Source of the DNA: Heptranchias perlo
Taxonomy: Eukaryota
DNA length: 64,000 nucleotides
Direction: 5' to 3'
NCBI RefSeq assembly: GCF_035084215.1
Contig: NC_090348.1
Span: 14,632,001 to 14,696,000, forward strand
Positions 36,381 through 48,504 of the stretch are shown here, piece by piece (positions within the stretch are counted from its first letter, which is position 1; each line of letters opens with the position of its first letter). A model generated the notes under the pieces. It did no database searches. It had not been told where the DNA came from and saw nothing but the letters and a program-made list of their open reading frames with translations. Made by a program: the position numbers and the translations under genes.

Positions 36381-39300
36381 TTCTTTTAGAGAAGTTAAAC
36401 TTCAACATAAAAAACCAAATGATTCACAGCAATACCCCAGTAATTTATATAGAGGGAGATTCTCTTTCACCATAGTGTTCCCACATAGAATATTGACATC
36501 ATCCCATTAAGGAAAACACCTGTGGATAGTGTCCATTTAAGAAATTTGTACCCTGTTTAACAAGGTACATTTTCTCCTATTTTGACATATTAAATGCTTA
36601 GTTCAAGATTTTGTCAAGTGCTTTTACAGAAGGAGGCAGTATTAAGGCCCCATATAACAAGAGCACTGAAAGGTAATAAAGTAGCTCACTAGAGCAGCTT
36701 CTGAGTGCACAAGGTCAGAAAGGGAATTGAGGGTGTATGATGGGAAGGGATTTTGGTTCTGGAGGCTGAACTTCTTTTAAAAACATGAGGAAGACAACAA
36801 TGTCAGGAAAAACTCAGAAATCCCTTCCTGACCCTCAAGGAAATTAAGCCAGTTGCATAGTTTCCCATGATACATCAGTAGATGTTTCTAGGAACATAAG
36901 ATTAGAAGGCCAGAAAAGACAATTTCCATCCATTGAGATATAGAAACCCTTCAATAGCCCTGGCTGCCAAAACACTATCCATCACCCACTAAATGTATAA
37001 CCTACTCTATTCCCACTGCTGCCCTCAGAAATCTAGTCCACATATTCACCACTCTTTGCATGAAGAATTTATAACAAGAGGGTAACGTAGTATTCTTCTT
37101 TGTTTGTTCCAAAAAATGGAGTTTTTCAGAGTAGTACAAAAAAAAACTGATATTACTTTAAGAATCTACATCTTCAGGCCAGCTTGGAGCATGGCAGCAA
37201 AAATGTTGTCTAACCTGACTGTCAAATCAAAAGATTGTATATTGCTCTAAGTAGCTGCCTTGCAGATTGTCTGAAGTGAATTCCCCTGCTCTATGCCCCA
37301 TAAAGTGGCTGCTGCACAAATAGAGTGAGCTCTAATTTTTTGCAGGGTCTTGTTCTTCCAGGAAGTGACACAAGAACAAAGTCCATTACCAGTTTTTCCA
37401 GTCTTTGTCAGTAACAGGTTTACCAAAAGACTTGATTAATAAATCCATTTATTCTATTTATATAAAAGGATAATGCTTTATACGCATTAACTAAAAGAAG
37501 AAATATGAGGTGATAGATAAAATTTTGCACCATTCAACACACAACCAGCTTGAGAACTACCCTATGAGTAGTCAACTGAGCCTACCACTAAAGCGTGCAG
37601 CTTACTAATTGTCCTTGGCAAGAAAAACAACAGTAAAATAACAGCGCAGAGTGAAACAAACTAAAGTTTGCACAATTAGGCTTAAGCATTAGCTTGCTCA
37701 GAACCAAATCAGAGGCAACCTGAGCAACAAAGGGTCGCACTTTTTAGATATTCTTTATAAATGAAGATATCCAAGGGAAAAGTGATTCTGCAAAAGCTCG
37801 GTACATCATTCCGGTTTTTGCTTCCATCAGTCCTTACAAAGTATCACCTCTTGAATTCAACCAGTGAAGTCATTACCCACTGTGCATTTTGTCCAAAATG
37901 AAGCATTTTTGTCTGTGATGGATTATGTTTTGGGTTTTTCCTGGCTGGTCACAATACACACATGGTTAGAGTCAGATACTTTTGGAATAATTCTGATCAA
38001 TTCTACCATTTTATTAGAAATATAATCTGTCCATGTAAAGTCTTTCACAGTTGCCTTAACTGAGTTTTCTTTCACTACATTACAATATTTTGGTTTATCG
38101 TGGCTACAATCATCTTCATAGAAGGAAATAAATGACTGCATTACGATTATGATTATGGGGAGTTTATGTATCACAGTATGTTGGCATATCAAACTATTAA
38201 GAGATCCCTAAACAGGAAATGAACAAGCCTGTCAACACAGCTGTTTTCAAAATGATATCCCTGATAAATGACAGTAGTAATACTATAGCCATTCAAACTT
38301 GAATGCCCTGGACCTGATGGTACACAGGCTGCAGAGCCTCTTTTCACTTTTATGATCAATACACCAGTTAAGGCAATTTGTGCTGAATTTAAAGTGCATT
38401 TTTATGCTTAATTAAAGTTAGGCTTGACACTACTTAGGAATTAAGATTTTTTTTCTACTTCAGCAACCAATACTTTCATGTCAAACAAGTTGTTAACCAA
38501 CAATGTGCACAGTCTCAAAAATGCCACCTCAACCACATCAGAGATGCCTTGACTTCATCAGCTGCCAATTCTACTTTTTACACATTCAACGGAAGTGATT
38601 CAAAAACCTAAAATGAATAAATTATGGGATGTTTTTGCTACATCCTCATATCTACAAAGTATCAGACTAAGACTGTGAGAATATGTTTTACTTGTGATCC
38701 TGACACATTTAAAATCGAAGCTCCCTGTCACTTATTGCTGAGCTGAATTGAAATGTGCTCATCAGCAATATGTTATGCTACATCACGGGCACCATTTTGT
38801 CTCCTATTCTCTCCTTTTTTTATTGTTTGATTTCTAGATCAAATCAACCCAAATTCTACCTCAGAAACAAATGATAGAGACATCTTCATTATAATGATAT
38901 TGCATTGATGAATATTATTCAGTGCAAACCACTTTAAACTGGGCAAAGTTACTTTACAAAACATTACACCAAGACAGTTATTCTTGGAATATTGAATTGC
39001 TTCAATTTCACGACTATTATTAATGGTTCTATTTTTTAAAAAAAGAGGCTCTTTCATGACTCTGTTCACAGCCACCCATCTTGTGTACATTCAGGCCTAT
39101 GTACAATATGTTTGCCAAGTTGGTCCAGGATTAAGAATATCTACCAAAACGGTATAACCAGAAAGACATGCCTATATTATATCAGATTTTCTCTCTATCC
39201 ATTTCCTGTACTCAGCTGTAATGATTACAAATAAACATCACCAAACCCTAACCCATCCCACTGGTTTTCAGAACCTTCATTGTCAAAGAAACTGCATGCA

Positions 39301-42189
39301 GCACGCTTCTCAAGTCACATGCAGATAAACGTTAACCTAAGGAACAATTTCCCCAAAACTAGAAACTCAATTGCTAAAGTAAACATGAGCTGCCAGAAGC
39401 CACGTAGAATTTTATCAAAGCAGTTCTGCAGCATTGGATCATTTATTGCTGTTTATTGAATACAATATTCAAGTCATTTAACACAGGGGAAAGTTTTCTC
39501 CTACCTCCAGGTTTATGTGATGTAGAAGGGTCAGAATAACCAGAGTATGGGTGGATTACATAATCTACATGGAGTTCATCAACAGTTTTGCTAAATTCCT
39601 CCATGTAACTTTCATTTATACTCTCAGTTCAGTTGTATCAATTAATTCAGTCATATATTCTTGGAGTGACTTCATTCTTTGTGAAATCTTTTCCTTTTGC
39701 ATTCTTTAAATTTCAAAGTAAGTACAATTTATAATCAAGTGCCACCATTCCTTTTGGGATCTAATCATGTCTTGATCTATCTGCATCAGTCTGGATTATC
39801 CAACGACGACAAACTGTCTCTTGCAATAAACAAATCAATATCCAGGTAGACCCCTCTGTCCGAAAACAAGCATGATGTTAATTAAAAAATGCATCTCGTG
39901 TTTCGCCAGGTTTTTGGGAAATTGCCATATAGTATTCCAAATATTTTTGTACTCATCTAATGATCTCTGAAAGCTTCTGGCTTTAAGTAGTATGCCGGAG
40001 TAAGATGTGACATATTTCTGCAAAACAATTAAGCTAAGGACAGTGATAGGGTAAACGAGAGAAGTTGGCAACATAGGGAGCATTGAAACTAACTTGCAGA
40101 TGTTGCTCCAGAGAAGAACATAAAGGATATTGCAGAAGAACCTACACTTAATTAGCTGTATATGTGAATTCAGAGTTTCCAGAAAAAGAATCCCCTCAGC
40201 CTGGAATCACACAATGAAACTGTCCTTTTCAACAAGCTAAACTGAGGTAGTCTGCTGAGGAAACGACATTTTCCTTTTTGGTGCATTGCAGATTATGCAG
40301 TTGGGCAGAAAGAGACGAAGTTCTGCGTTTTAAAGTTCAATAGCATAACAATTCATATTGATGTCATTAAAATCTGTTCAATTCGTTAGCAGGTTGTGAA
40401 CATTGATCTCAGTGTAGTTTTTTGTTAAAATCTAATTTGATAGGGATATCAAAGAAGTTCCAAGTAAGATCATTCATCAGGAAGCTCTTGCACAGCTGCA
40501 ATGCCCAGTTGCAAAGGTGTTCTGCATTTCCTCCGGATCTCTCACCAGCTGGTTTAAATCTTGTCACCTTCAGAACTGTGTACAAACATCTGAGCTGCTT
40601 TTTCCACCAACTTTTTTGCCAAGATAACTTTCCGTTGGCCCTCGCAATTAAAGATTTCCCCTCAGACTGTCGGACAGAAATGAGGTGGTACATTTTCACG
40701 GTGTTACAGATTAAGATGATTTCTGTGGACGTCAGGTCATTCAACTTTTCTTTGTACACGGAGGCACTTCCAACAGTCCGGGAGCGTGAGGATTTAAAAG
40801 GCACTAGCAACTAACTACCTCATTTACTGAGTTTCTGCAGTAAAGTAGAGGGAAACCAAAAAAAAAACAAATGTCTTATCTCAATCGGGATAGATTAGGA
40901 AATGAGTTGCAACTTGGAGGCATCATTTATATATATTTTACATTTACATTCTGCTAAAATGCACAAAGGCATGCTTTCTTATCAGTGTGATTAGTTCCAT
41001 TTTAAATTAAATCGTATCATATATAGATATACACATTATCTAACCTGCTTTCATTTGGTTCAGAGATTTCCCAGAAGTAAATGGGCTCTGTTGCATCATA
41101 TTTTGAGCGTTGTTAGGACACGAACCAACTCATTTCCCTGAAATTCTACAGGAACATCATCAGGTCCCTCAATGTTCTACCTTTACTGATTAAATCTCTT
41201 TTGTAACCTGACGTCATGCATAAGTTATAGTGGGTTACATGTTAGCCTTCCCAAAGAGGCCATAATATTAAGTAGTTAAACATGCTATGAAAAGTTACTC
41301 TACCCCATACAAGTTAACATTCAGGCTATGAGTGCTTCGAAGTAATACATTAAATAACAAGCCATTCATTGCACCTTTGGTGAAAGCAAATGAGAACTGA
41401 CTCTCCAGAAATATAAATTAAAACGCAAACTTAATTCCTGTTATTTGAGGTAATGTCCCAGGCATGCCACGACAAAAGTCAATAATAAATATCAAGGCAT
41501 GCTATTATTTATGGGATTTTCTTTTTGAATTACGTTTCTCGCATCAAATTGGGGACAGGGGAATTTTACTTTCAGTCCTGGAAGCACACGAATTGCACTA
41601 TCTGCAAAATTGTAACACTGCAGATGTTTTCAGCAGATACGTTGTTACATCATAAAGTTCAGGCAAAAGCAGCCGCTTGTTTTATTTGATAAAGGACGGT
41701 GGTGTATTTTTCAGAGGAACTAAACCGTCACATCACCTCTCGCAATGAAATACTCATCAGTAGTGCGAATACTGCAGACGCTTGCATGTTTCACCAGAAC
41801 GCAGGAATATGAAGCATTTGGTTATTTGTTTGTTATTTGGATGCACGGTGCAGCTTGCAAAATTGCACCTTAACACATGCATTGGTATTTGTAAATGAAC
41901 TGAGAAAAACGTCCATTCGAGTTTGGTGAACGGGTACAAGTCCGGGTTTATAAAAAGGTACCTACGGATGCTCACGAGAAGGGATCGGGAAATGTTTTCC
42001 CTCGTTACCCAGTTGGAGAAAGAAAGCCATTTAAAAATAAATGAAAATATACCTTCCACGTAATTCTGAAAGCTTATTTTGCTGAGCATAACTGCAATGC
42101 CACAACTCATCAACGAGGTCAACAAAGCAATACATGGGTCAGTAACAGTGTCTGGGAAGCATGACTGCCGTCACTGAGCCCGTGGCTCT

Positions 42190-43662
42190 TTAAACATCAG
42201 TCAGCAGTTTGCTCTTATTCACACAGTTTTGGTTTGCTACAGTGCAGTTGCCAGTTCTGAGATTTGCTTCTCTAAAATTATCTATGCTGTTGTTCACGTC
42301 TTCCTCGATCTCCATATAGTCCGACTTGCTAATAGTGGAGGAGCTGCGGCTTCGTAAATCACTGTCCGAAGCAATGTTCGGGCAGCTAACGTGCAGGTAC
42401 TGAGCCTGCTCCTCCCCTTCGGTCTCCCGGTGGTAGAAGTAGTTGAAGTTGGAGACGATGACGGGCACGGGCAGGGCGATGGTCAGGACCCCGGCGATGG
42501 CACACAAGGATCCCACAATCTTTCCTCCGATGGTGATGGGATGCATGTCTCCATAACCCACCGTAGTCATGGTGACCACTGCCCACCAGAAACCCTCTGG
42601 GATGCTGGTGAAATAGGACGTCCGGTCGTCAGCTTCCGCGAAGAACGCGGCACTGGAAAACAGAATGACTCCGATAAACAGAAAAAAGATAAGCAGTCCC
42701 AGCTCCCTCATACTGGCTTTAAGAGTCTGTCCCAAGATCTGGAGGCCTTTCGAGTGCCGGGACAACTTGAAAATCCGAAATACTCGAACCAAACGGATAA
42801 CTCTGAGGATGGCCAGAGAAGTGGTCTGTTCCCCGCTCTTGTTGCCCTCGGCCTCCTCTGCCAATTCAGTGCCCAGGGTGATGAAATAGGGGATGATCGC
42901 CACTATGTCAATGAAATTCATGATGTTCTTGAAGAACTCCGCCTTGCTGGGACAGGCGAAGAATCTGACTGTCAGTTCGAAGGAGAACCAGATGATGCAG
43001 AGTGTCTCCACGATAAAGAAGGGGCCGGTGAGGATGCTGGCTTTGTAGGTGATGGTGGTGTTCCCGACTTCCATCGTCCGTTCCCTGTCGTCCTTCAGTT
43101 CAGGCAGGGTCTCCAGGCAGAAGATGACGATGGAGATTAAAATGACCATCACGGAGATGATGGCAATTCCCCTGGCTGGCCCCGAGCTCTCCGGATGCTC
43201 GAACAGCAGCCATACCTGGCGCTGGTACTCGTTCTCAGGCAATGGGCGCTCCTCCTCCCTGATGAACCCTTCGTCCTCCCGGAATTTTTCCATCGCCTCC
43301 TCGCCCAGCTCGTAGAATTTAATCTCCTCCGAGAACATCTCCAGCGGCACATTGACGGGTCTGCGGAGCCGGCCCCCCGACTGGTAATAGTACAGGATGG
43401 CATCGAAACTGGGGCGATTCCGGTCGAAGAAATACTCGTTCCGCAACGGGTCGAAGTAGCGCATCCTCTTCTTGGGGTTTCCCAGCAGGGTGTGGGGGAA
43501 TTGGGCCAGGGTCTTGAGCTGGGTCTCGAACCTCAGCCCTGAGATGTTGATGACCACCCGCTCACAACACTCGTGGTCATCGTGGTCCGGCGGGTAGCTG
43601 TCCTGAGGGTGGCCGGGCAAAGCCGAGGCTTCGTCTATGTTGTCGCCGGCGAGAACCGTCAT
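42190..43662 (-). CDS. KCNA1: Kv1.1 copy 3, 490 aa, differing by L348T and A357G
   Basis: Translation as copies 1/2 except [18 protein letters not shown] versus [18 protein letters not shown]. Confidence 0.97.
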   Translation of the reverse strand: MTVLAGDNIDEASALPGHPQDSYPPDHDDHECCERVVINISGLRFETQLKTLAQFPHTLLGNPKKRMRYFDPLRNEYFFDRNRPSFDAILYYYQSGGRLRRPVNVPLEMFSEEIKFYELGEEAMEKFREDEGFIREEERPLPENEYQRQVWLLFEHPESSGPARGIAIISVMVILISIVIFCLETLPELKDDRERTMEVGNTTITYKASILTGPFFIVETLCIIWFSFELTVRFFACPSKAEFFKNIMNFIDIVAIIPYFITLGTELAEEAEGNKSGEQTTSLAILRVIRLVRVFRIFKLSRHSKGLQILGQTLKASMRELGLLIFFLFIGVILFSSAAFFAEADDRTSYFTSIPEGFWWAVVTMTTVGYGDMHPITIGGKIVGSLCAIAGVLTIALPVPVIVSNFNYFYHRETEGEEQAQYLHVSCPNIASDSDLRSRSSSTISKSDYMEIEEDVNNSIDNFREANLRTGNCTVANQNCVNKSKLLTDV

Positions 43663-44085
43663 CCTGCCGGCCGACGGCGTTCAGTGGGGCGATTTGGCTG
43701 GGTCCGATTCACTGACTGCTACTCCCCCGCGATCGGACATTCGGAGGCAGCACTTTGGAGGGGGTGGGGAGGATGGGTGGGGGCTCTAAGGGAGAACGGG
43801 TCTAACGGATCACTCTGGGTTTTCTGGCTGATTTAACCATTGTGGGACTCAGCACTTCAAACGGATCCAAGTGATCTCAGCAGCTCAGCAAATTCCGTGG
43901 CGCTTCTACCCCCCTCAGGACCAAAGTGCTGCGGAATACAAAAGGTTAGCATAAAACAAAACCGAGCTTGACATAAATGGGCAAATGTTGGACCCTATGT
44001 GAATGGAGCTCATGCACTGAAGAGTTTTCCAGCAGCCCGCACCTCGCGTTCTTACATCTTCGCAGAAGGCAGCGAATGCTTTTCG

Positions 44086-44195
44086 CTGGAAAAAAAACAG
44101 CTGCAGTATTAGGATAGGAGGGAGGAGGAGGAGGAGCAGGAGGAACTCTGCAACTGCAGGGTTCACTTGGAGCGAAGTGAAAAATAAACCCTTAC
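44086..44195 (-). other. Predicted 110-nt 5'UTR intron of KCNA1 copy 3
   Basis: Same splice signals as copies 1 and 2. Confidence 0.65.
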
Positions 44196-45014
44196 CTGAT
44201 AAGTAAAGGAGGACAAAATGAACAGTGCAGGAATGCGACCCAGCCTCGGAGCAATGCAAAGCTTTCCTGCGTACTTCTACCTCGCTTTACTATGGATATC
44301 GGTTTACAGCTTTGTGTGTATGAGATCTGCTGAAATATTAATAGCCTATATTATACTGTACTGACACCATTTACAAGTCATTTGTTCCTGACGTTGGTTG
44401 CAGCAAGCAGCGGTCTAGGTTAAGAATGAAAACTCGCCGGCGCTGTTTTAAAACACCACCAATTAAAGTGCAGAGAAAAAATACGTTAAACTGTGCACAC
44501 GGACTTCATGGCAGGTTACGGAAAAAGATCTTCTGGTACAGCATCCTGGCCCCTTGTTGAAGGCTCATGTGGTGCAGTGTGGAAGACTGAATACATTAAA
44601 GCCAAGCGAGCTGGTCATCCCCTAGCATTGCAGTATCAGCAAAAAATAAATAAGAGCAGTGTTTTGTGGAGTGTAGACAGGGCACCGTTCTCCGGCCAGT
44701 AACCTCACAGCTCCAGCAAAGCAGGTCCCACATTACAGTGAGAACAGCCGCTTCCTAAAAAAAATCTCTACTATTTCTCACATACGAAAAATTGAGATAT
44801 TTTAGACGCAGTGCAGACAACCCGGTAAAATCCTCAGTGCACACGACGCCGTGCACACTCGCAAAAAAAACGCACCATAAACATGAAAACTGCTGCATCA
44901 TTTGGTTAGATTTTACGACAATGTTCCTTTGACTGCAGCTCACTGTAGCAAACCTTCGAACCCAATCACTGCAGCGCGAGTTCAGCCGGCAGGTACAGTG
45001 TTACTGTACGGAGA

Positions 45015-45121
45015 TATATATGCAGCAAGCAGCCATACAACAGCCCACATTAATTGTAAACAGTTACAGGGATGGACTGTCTTACAGTCTTTTCAATGTT
45101 TAATAGGCCAATGCCCCGCCC
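45015..45121 (-). promoter_or_regulatory. Putative core promoter of copy 3
   Basis: TATATAT 45015-45021, CCAAT 45108-45112, GC box 45113-45121. Confidence 0.4.
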
Positions 45122-45905
45122 TTTATTTGCTCAAGATTAGCAAAACAGATCAATTGTTCCCATCACATAATATTCTGTTGACAGTTTACAATTAAGTGTT
45201 GGACATAATCTGATGATGTTTTAACTGAATTATCGGCAACTTGAGAAATACGATTTTGTTGGTGTATCTATAAAAAACTCTCATCCTCTCCCCGTTTATA
45301 TTATATTCCCACAATTTTAACTAAACTTGAAAGAACAAACGCGCAGTCAGTTAAAAAGAAAATGCGCTAAAAACGTAACCAGGACATTCTTGCGTTTTGA
45401 TGGCCTTCAATTTGAAAACAGCGAAAACAGAGCATCTGCGTGAACTTCAAATGGTTCTGGAAATCGATCGAGCCTGACAATTAACAGAGAAAGGGCCGTC
45501 ACTGGACTCGGGAGTTAATGTTTCACCAGTTATGTAATTTGACTGATGCCAATCCACGTTACCAGAAGGCGCTGTTCACAGTCCCATTTGGGGTTCGCAA
45601 CCTCCGACACCACAACACGTATATTTAATTAGAGCATTCTTAATTGAAGGCTGTTTACTGGCAAATTCTTCCTGTTGATAAAAGCTTAGAATGTGAAGTA
45701 GAGAAAGAAATGAGCAACTCTTTGGTTATGAATTTGATGGTCAGCCATTAGGTGTGTTTTTACAGTGAGTTTATATGGCCATAGTATGTTAACTCCGAAT
45801 GCTCCCAACAGAAAAGGCCATAAACTGTAACATAACCAGGGACGCCTTAATGCACAGGCCTACGGGACCTACGCCTAGGGACTTCGGTCAAATATGGAGA
45901 CCCCT

Positions 45906-46003
45906 TAGAAAAAAAGCTGACTGACATGACGAGAGCGTAGGGCTTGGAGGCAGGAGATCATGTGATGAAAACTCCAGAAATATGTCCAGAGTTGGCAACT
46001 TTG
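45906..46003. mobile_element. Internally deleted remnant of the hAT MITE (unit 3 copy)
   Basis: Same flanks (gacccct|tag ... gttggcaact|..ggaacccc) with only ~100 bp retained. Confidence 0.55.
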
Positions 46004-47039
46004 GAACCCCTGCCAGGGGCTCCATGATCGCAGCTCATCATAAACTTAAACAGCGTTGCCTGCCAGTTGCGTTAATTCTCATGCACAGCAGGCAGTGACT
46101 GGAATTTGGTCCCGGGGTGGGTTAGTTATCTGACTGCGGTCGCATTGTCGCCTTGTGTCCCACAGTTTGCGCCTTGTGTGGAAGATACGGTTGAAAAAGC
46201 CTGTGAGCAACTTTGCCAATAAGAACAGTCACCTCAACTGATGAACTTCTCCCCCCTCCCCCAACCATGGCACCTACATTATCTGTTCAACTAAGACTCC
46301 TGTATTAAAATTTATGAAACCGTTCCAACATTTTATCCAATTCCCCTCTGGAATGCACTAATGAACCCCATTGTCTCAAACGGCTACAGTATGCGAGAAA
46401 CACACTCTGTTAGCTACTTTGTCTGTTCCCAACTAATGGATCTAATACACATTCTAGATTGCTGGTGCGTTGCTGGCACATATCCCCCTGTAGGCCAAAT
46501 TTACCTTAATAGCAATATCACAATATAAACGAACCCAAAATTCCTCCTAGGCCAAATAGGCAAAGATCTTAAAACCTGGCAGGCAAGCACCTCATTGGTT
46601 CTTTTGCCCATCACTGCAAGCAATAGGTAGTCCTTGGGGTACAGTTTAGCTTATGTACACAGCACTTGAGTCAGTGTGCCTTTACCCCTCTCTACCAGCC
46701 TGTTAATCTGAGGGTGGTTCAACGCAATTTTATCAGAAAATATTGCTACAAGTGTGTAATTGGCTGAGACATAAAACTAGCCTCCTGCTCAGACAGAATG
46801 TCTTCTGGAAATGCAACCCAAGTAAACATTTCTAACGACACATCCATGTCCATTAACACAAGTACAGTGTCCAGATACCTGGATGTGTAATCTACCATGG
46901 TCAATATGTTCTATTTCCCCAAATTACTTCTGAAAGGCATGGGGACGAAGATTCCTTATCCTCCTTCTTAAAAGATGGTGTTTTGTTGTGATCCCCAGCT
47001 TATGATATTCTGGCATTAATCACGTCCTACAAAATTTGT

Positions 47040-48070
47040 CTTTGTCTTCCTCCTGAGGTGGTTTTGAGGGTTGCTCCCTTTGCAGGATGAAGTTATTGAC
47101 TATGCAGCATTCTACAACGAATCTGGAGACGTTCTTGGGACTGTACTGAAGGATGCCTCCAGACATATCTAGGCAGTGGAACCTTTGTTTTAGAATACCA
47201 ATAGTTGGCTGAATCAGAGCTCCTTTGAGGCATGACTTTGATTGTAGTGCTCCTCAGCATCTGTGCTCGGGTTCCTGACAGGACTCATGAGCCAGTTGGT
47301 CAGGGGAGATCCAGTGTTCCAAAGCAGCCAACCTAACACCCAATGGCCTGGGTGGAAAAGAGAGGCAATTGACGACTAGCACAGGATAATGGCATCGTGA
47401 CTACTGCCAGAAATTGGGCACAGACCAGCATGATCCACTGCCTGTCGTCACACACTAGCTGGACGTTCAAGGAGTGGAAGCCCTTTCTGTTAATGGAGAT
47501 GCTGGGTTCTTCACATGGAGCAAGCAAGTCTATGTTGCCATGCACCTGTGGAAAGCCTGCAACTCTGGTGAAGCCCAGAGCTTACTCTTCTTGTTTTGCC
47601 GGCTCCATTGGGAAGATGATAAATTGGTTGTGCTTAATGAAGAGAGCATCTGTAACATGCCTGATGCAACATTCAACTGCAAATTCTCTTATGTTATATG
47701 TCACCTGTTGTAGCCTGAAATGACACTAAGGTGTAGAAATTCAGGGCCAAAGTGACCATAACAGCCACAGGCAGCAATGTGTATGCCCTGGTTCTGGGTT
47801 GCAATTGATGCTGCTGCAGGTGATATACGTCTGTCACAGCCTCCCTTGTCAGCTGCCAGACACACTGTTCCTCAGTTAAGTTGAGATAAGATGCTCTATT
47901 CCGGAACACTCGCGTGGTGCAAGTCCTCCTGCCACTCCCCTCCTTCTCCTGCTCTGCATCCTCCAGCCTCAATGGCAGACTGGGCAACATGCCCATAATG
48001 TCACCCATAATTAGCTGAGGCCTGTGTGCACAGATAGAGCTAAAATTCCAAAATGTCACTGTCCACATGT
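47040..48070 (-). mobile_element. Harbinger (HARBI1-like DDE) transposase pseudogene
   Basis: ORF with INRKGFHSLNVQLVCD; upstream LPVAVMVTLALNFY..SFQATTGDI; downstream GWLL..G.PL..WLM.P motif; frameshifted. Confidence 0.85.
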
Positions 48071-48504
48071 TTTGAACACTGCTGTAGCAGTCAAGACAGC
48101 CAAAAAGGCCTACAACCCAATAGCAGCCTAGAAAGACTAAGCAGAGGCAGCCTACTTCCTGACTGCTGGCACAAAGAATTACTGCGTGGGCTTCAGAATC
48201 AGTGAATCAGGCACGCCCAGTTTATTTTGGGAAAAGGGTCTTTCAACAGGCAAAGGGCCATCACTTTAACATTTTAATGAAGTCCCCATTACATTCAGGT
48301 GGCCACCCCAGACAACTAAAAGTTGACCAATCCAATATGGCAGCTGGCGCACTTCCGGGGGAGATCGGACGCAGGTGATCATGACCCAAACTTTTTGCCC
48401 TATCAACAACAACAACAACTTGCATGTATATAGCGCCTTTAATGTAGTAAAATGTCCCAAGGTGCATCAGAGGAACGTTATCAAACAAAATTTGGCACAG
48501 AGCC

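Larger units (their letters stand above)
11455..46210 (-). repeat. Tandem segmental triplication containing three KCNA1 genes
   Basis: Homology starts at gaataattctgatca (~11460, ~25010, ~37986) and runs through 3'UTR, CDS, promoter and upstream DNA to gtgagca (~22115, ~35135, ~46210). Confidence 0.95.

Noticed and set aside
15643-43662. Reading the three ORFs as the normal KCNA6/KCNA1/KCNA5 or KCNA3/KCNA2/KCNA10 cluster
   Set aside because: All three have Kv1.1-specific termini and differ by at most 2 of 490 residues, with homologous flanks; no other Kv1 paralogue is visible in the window.
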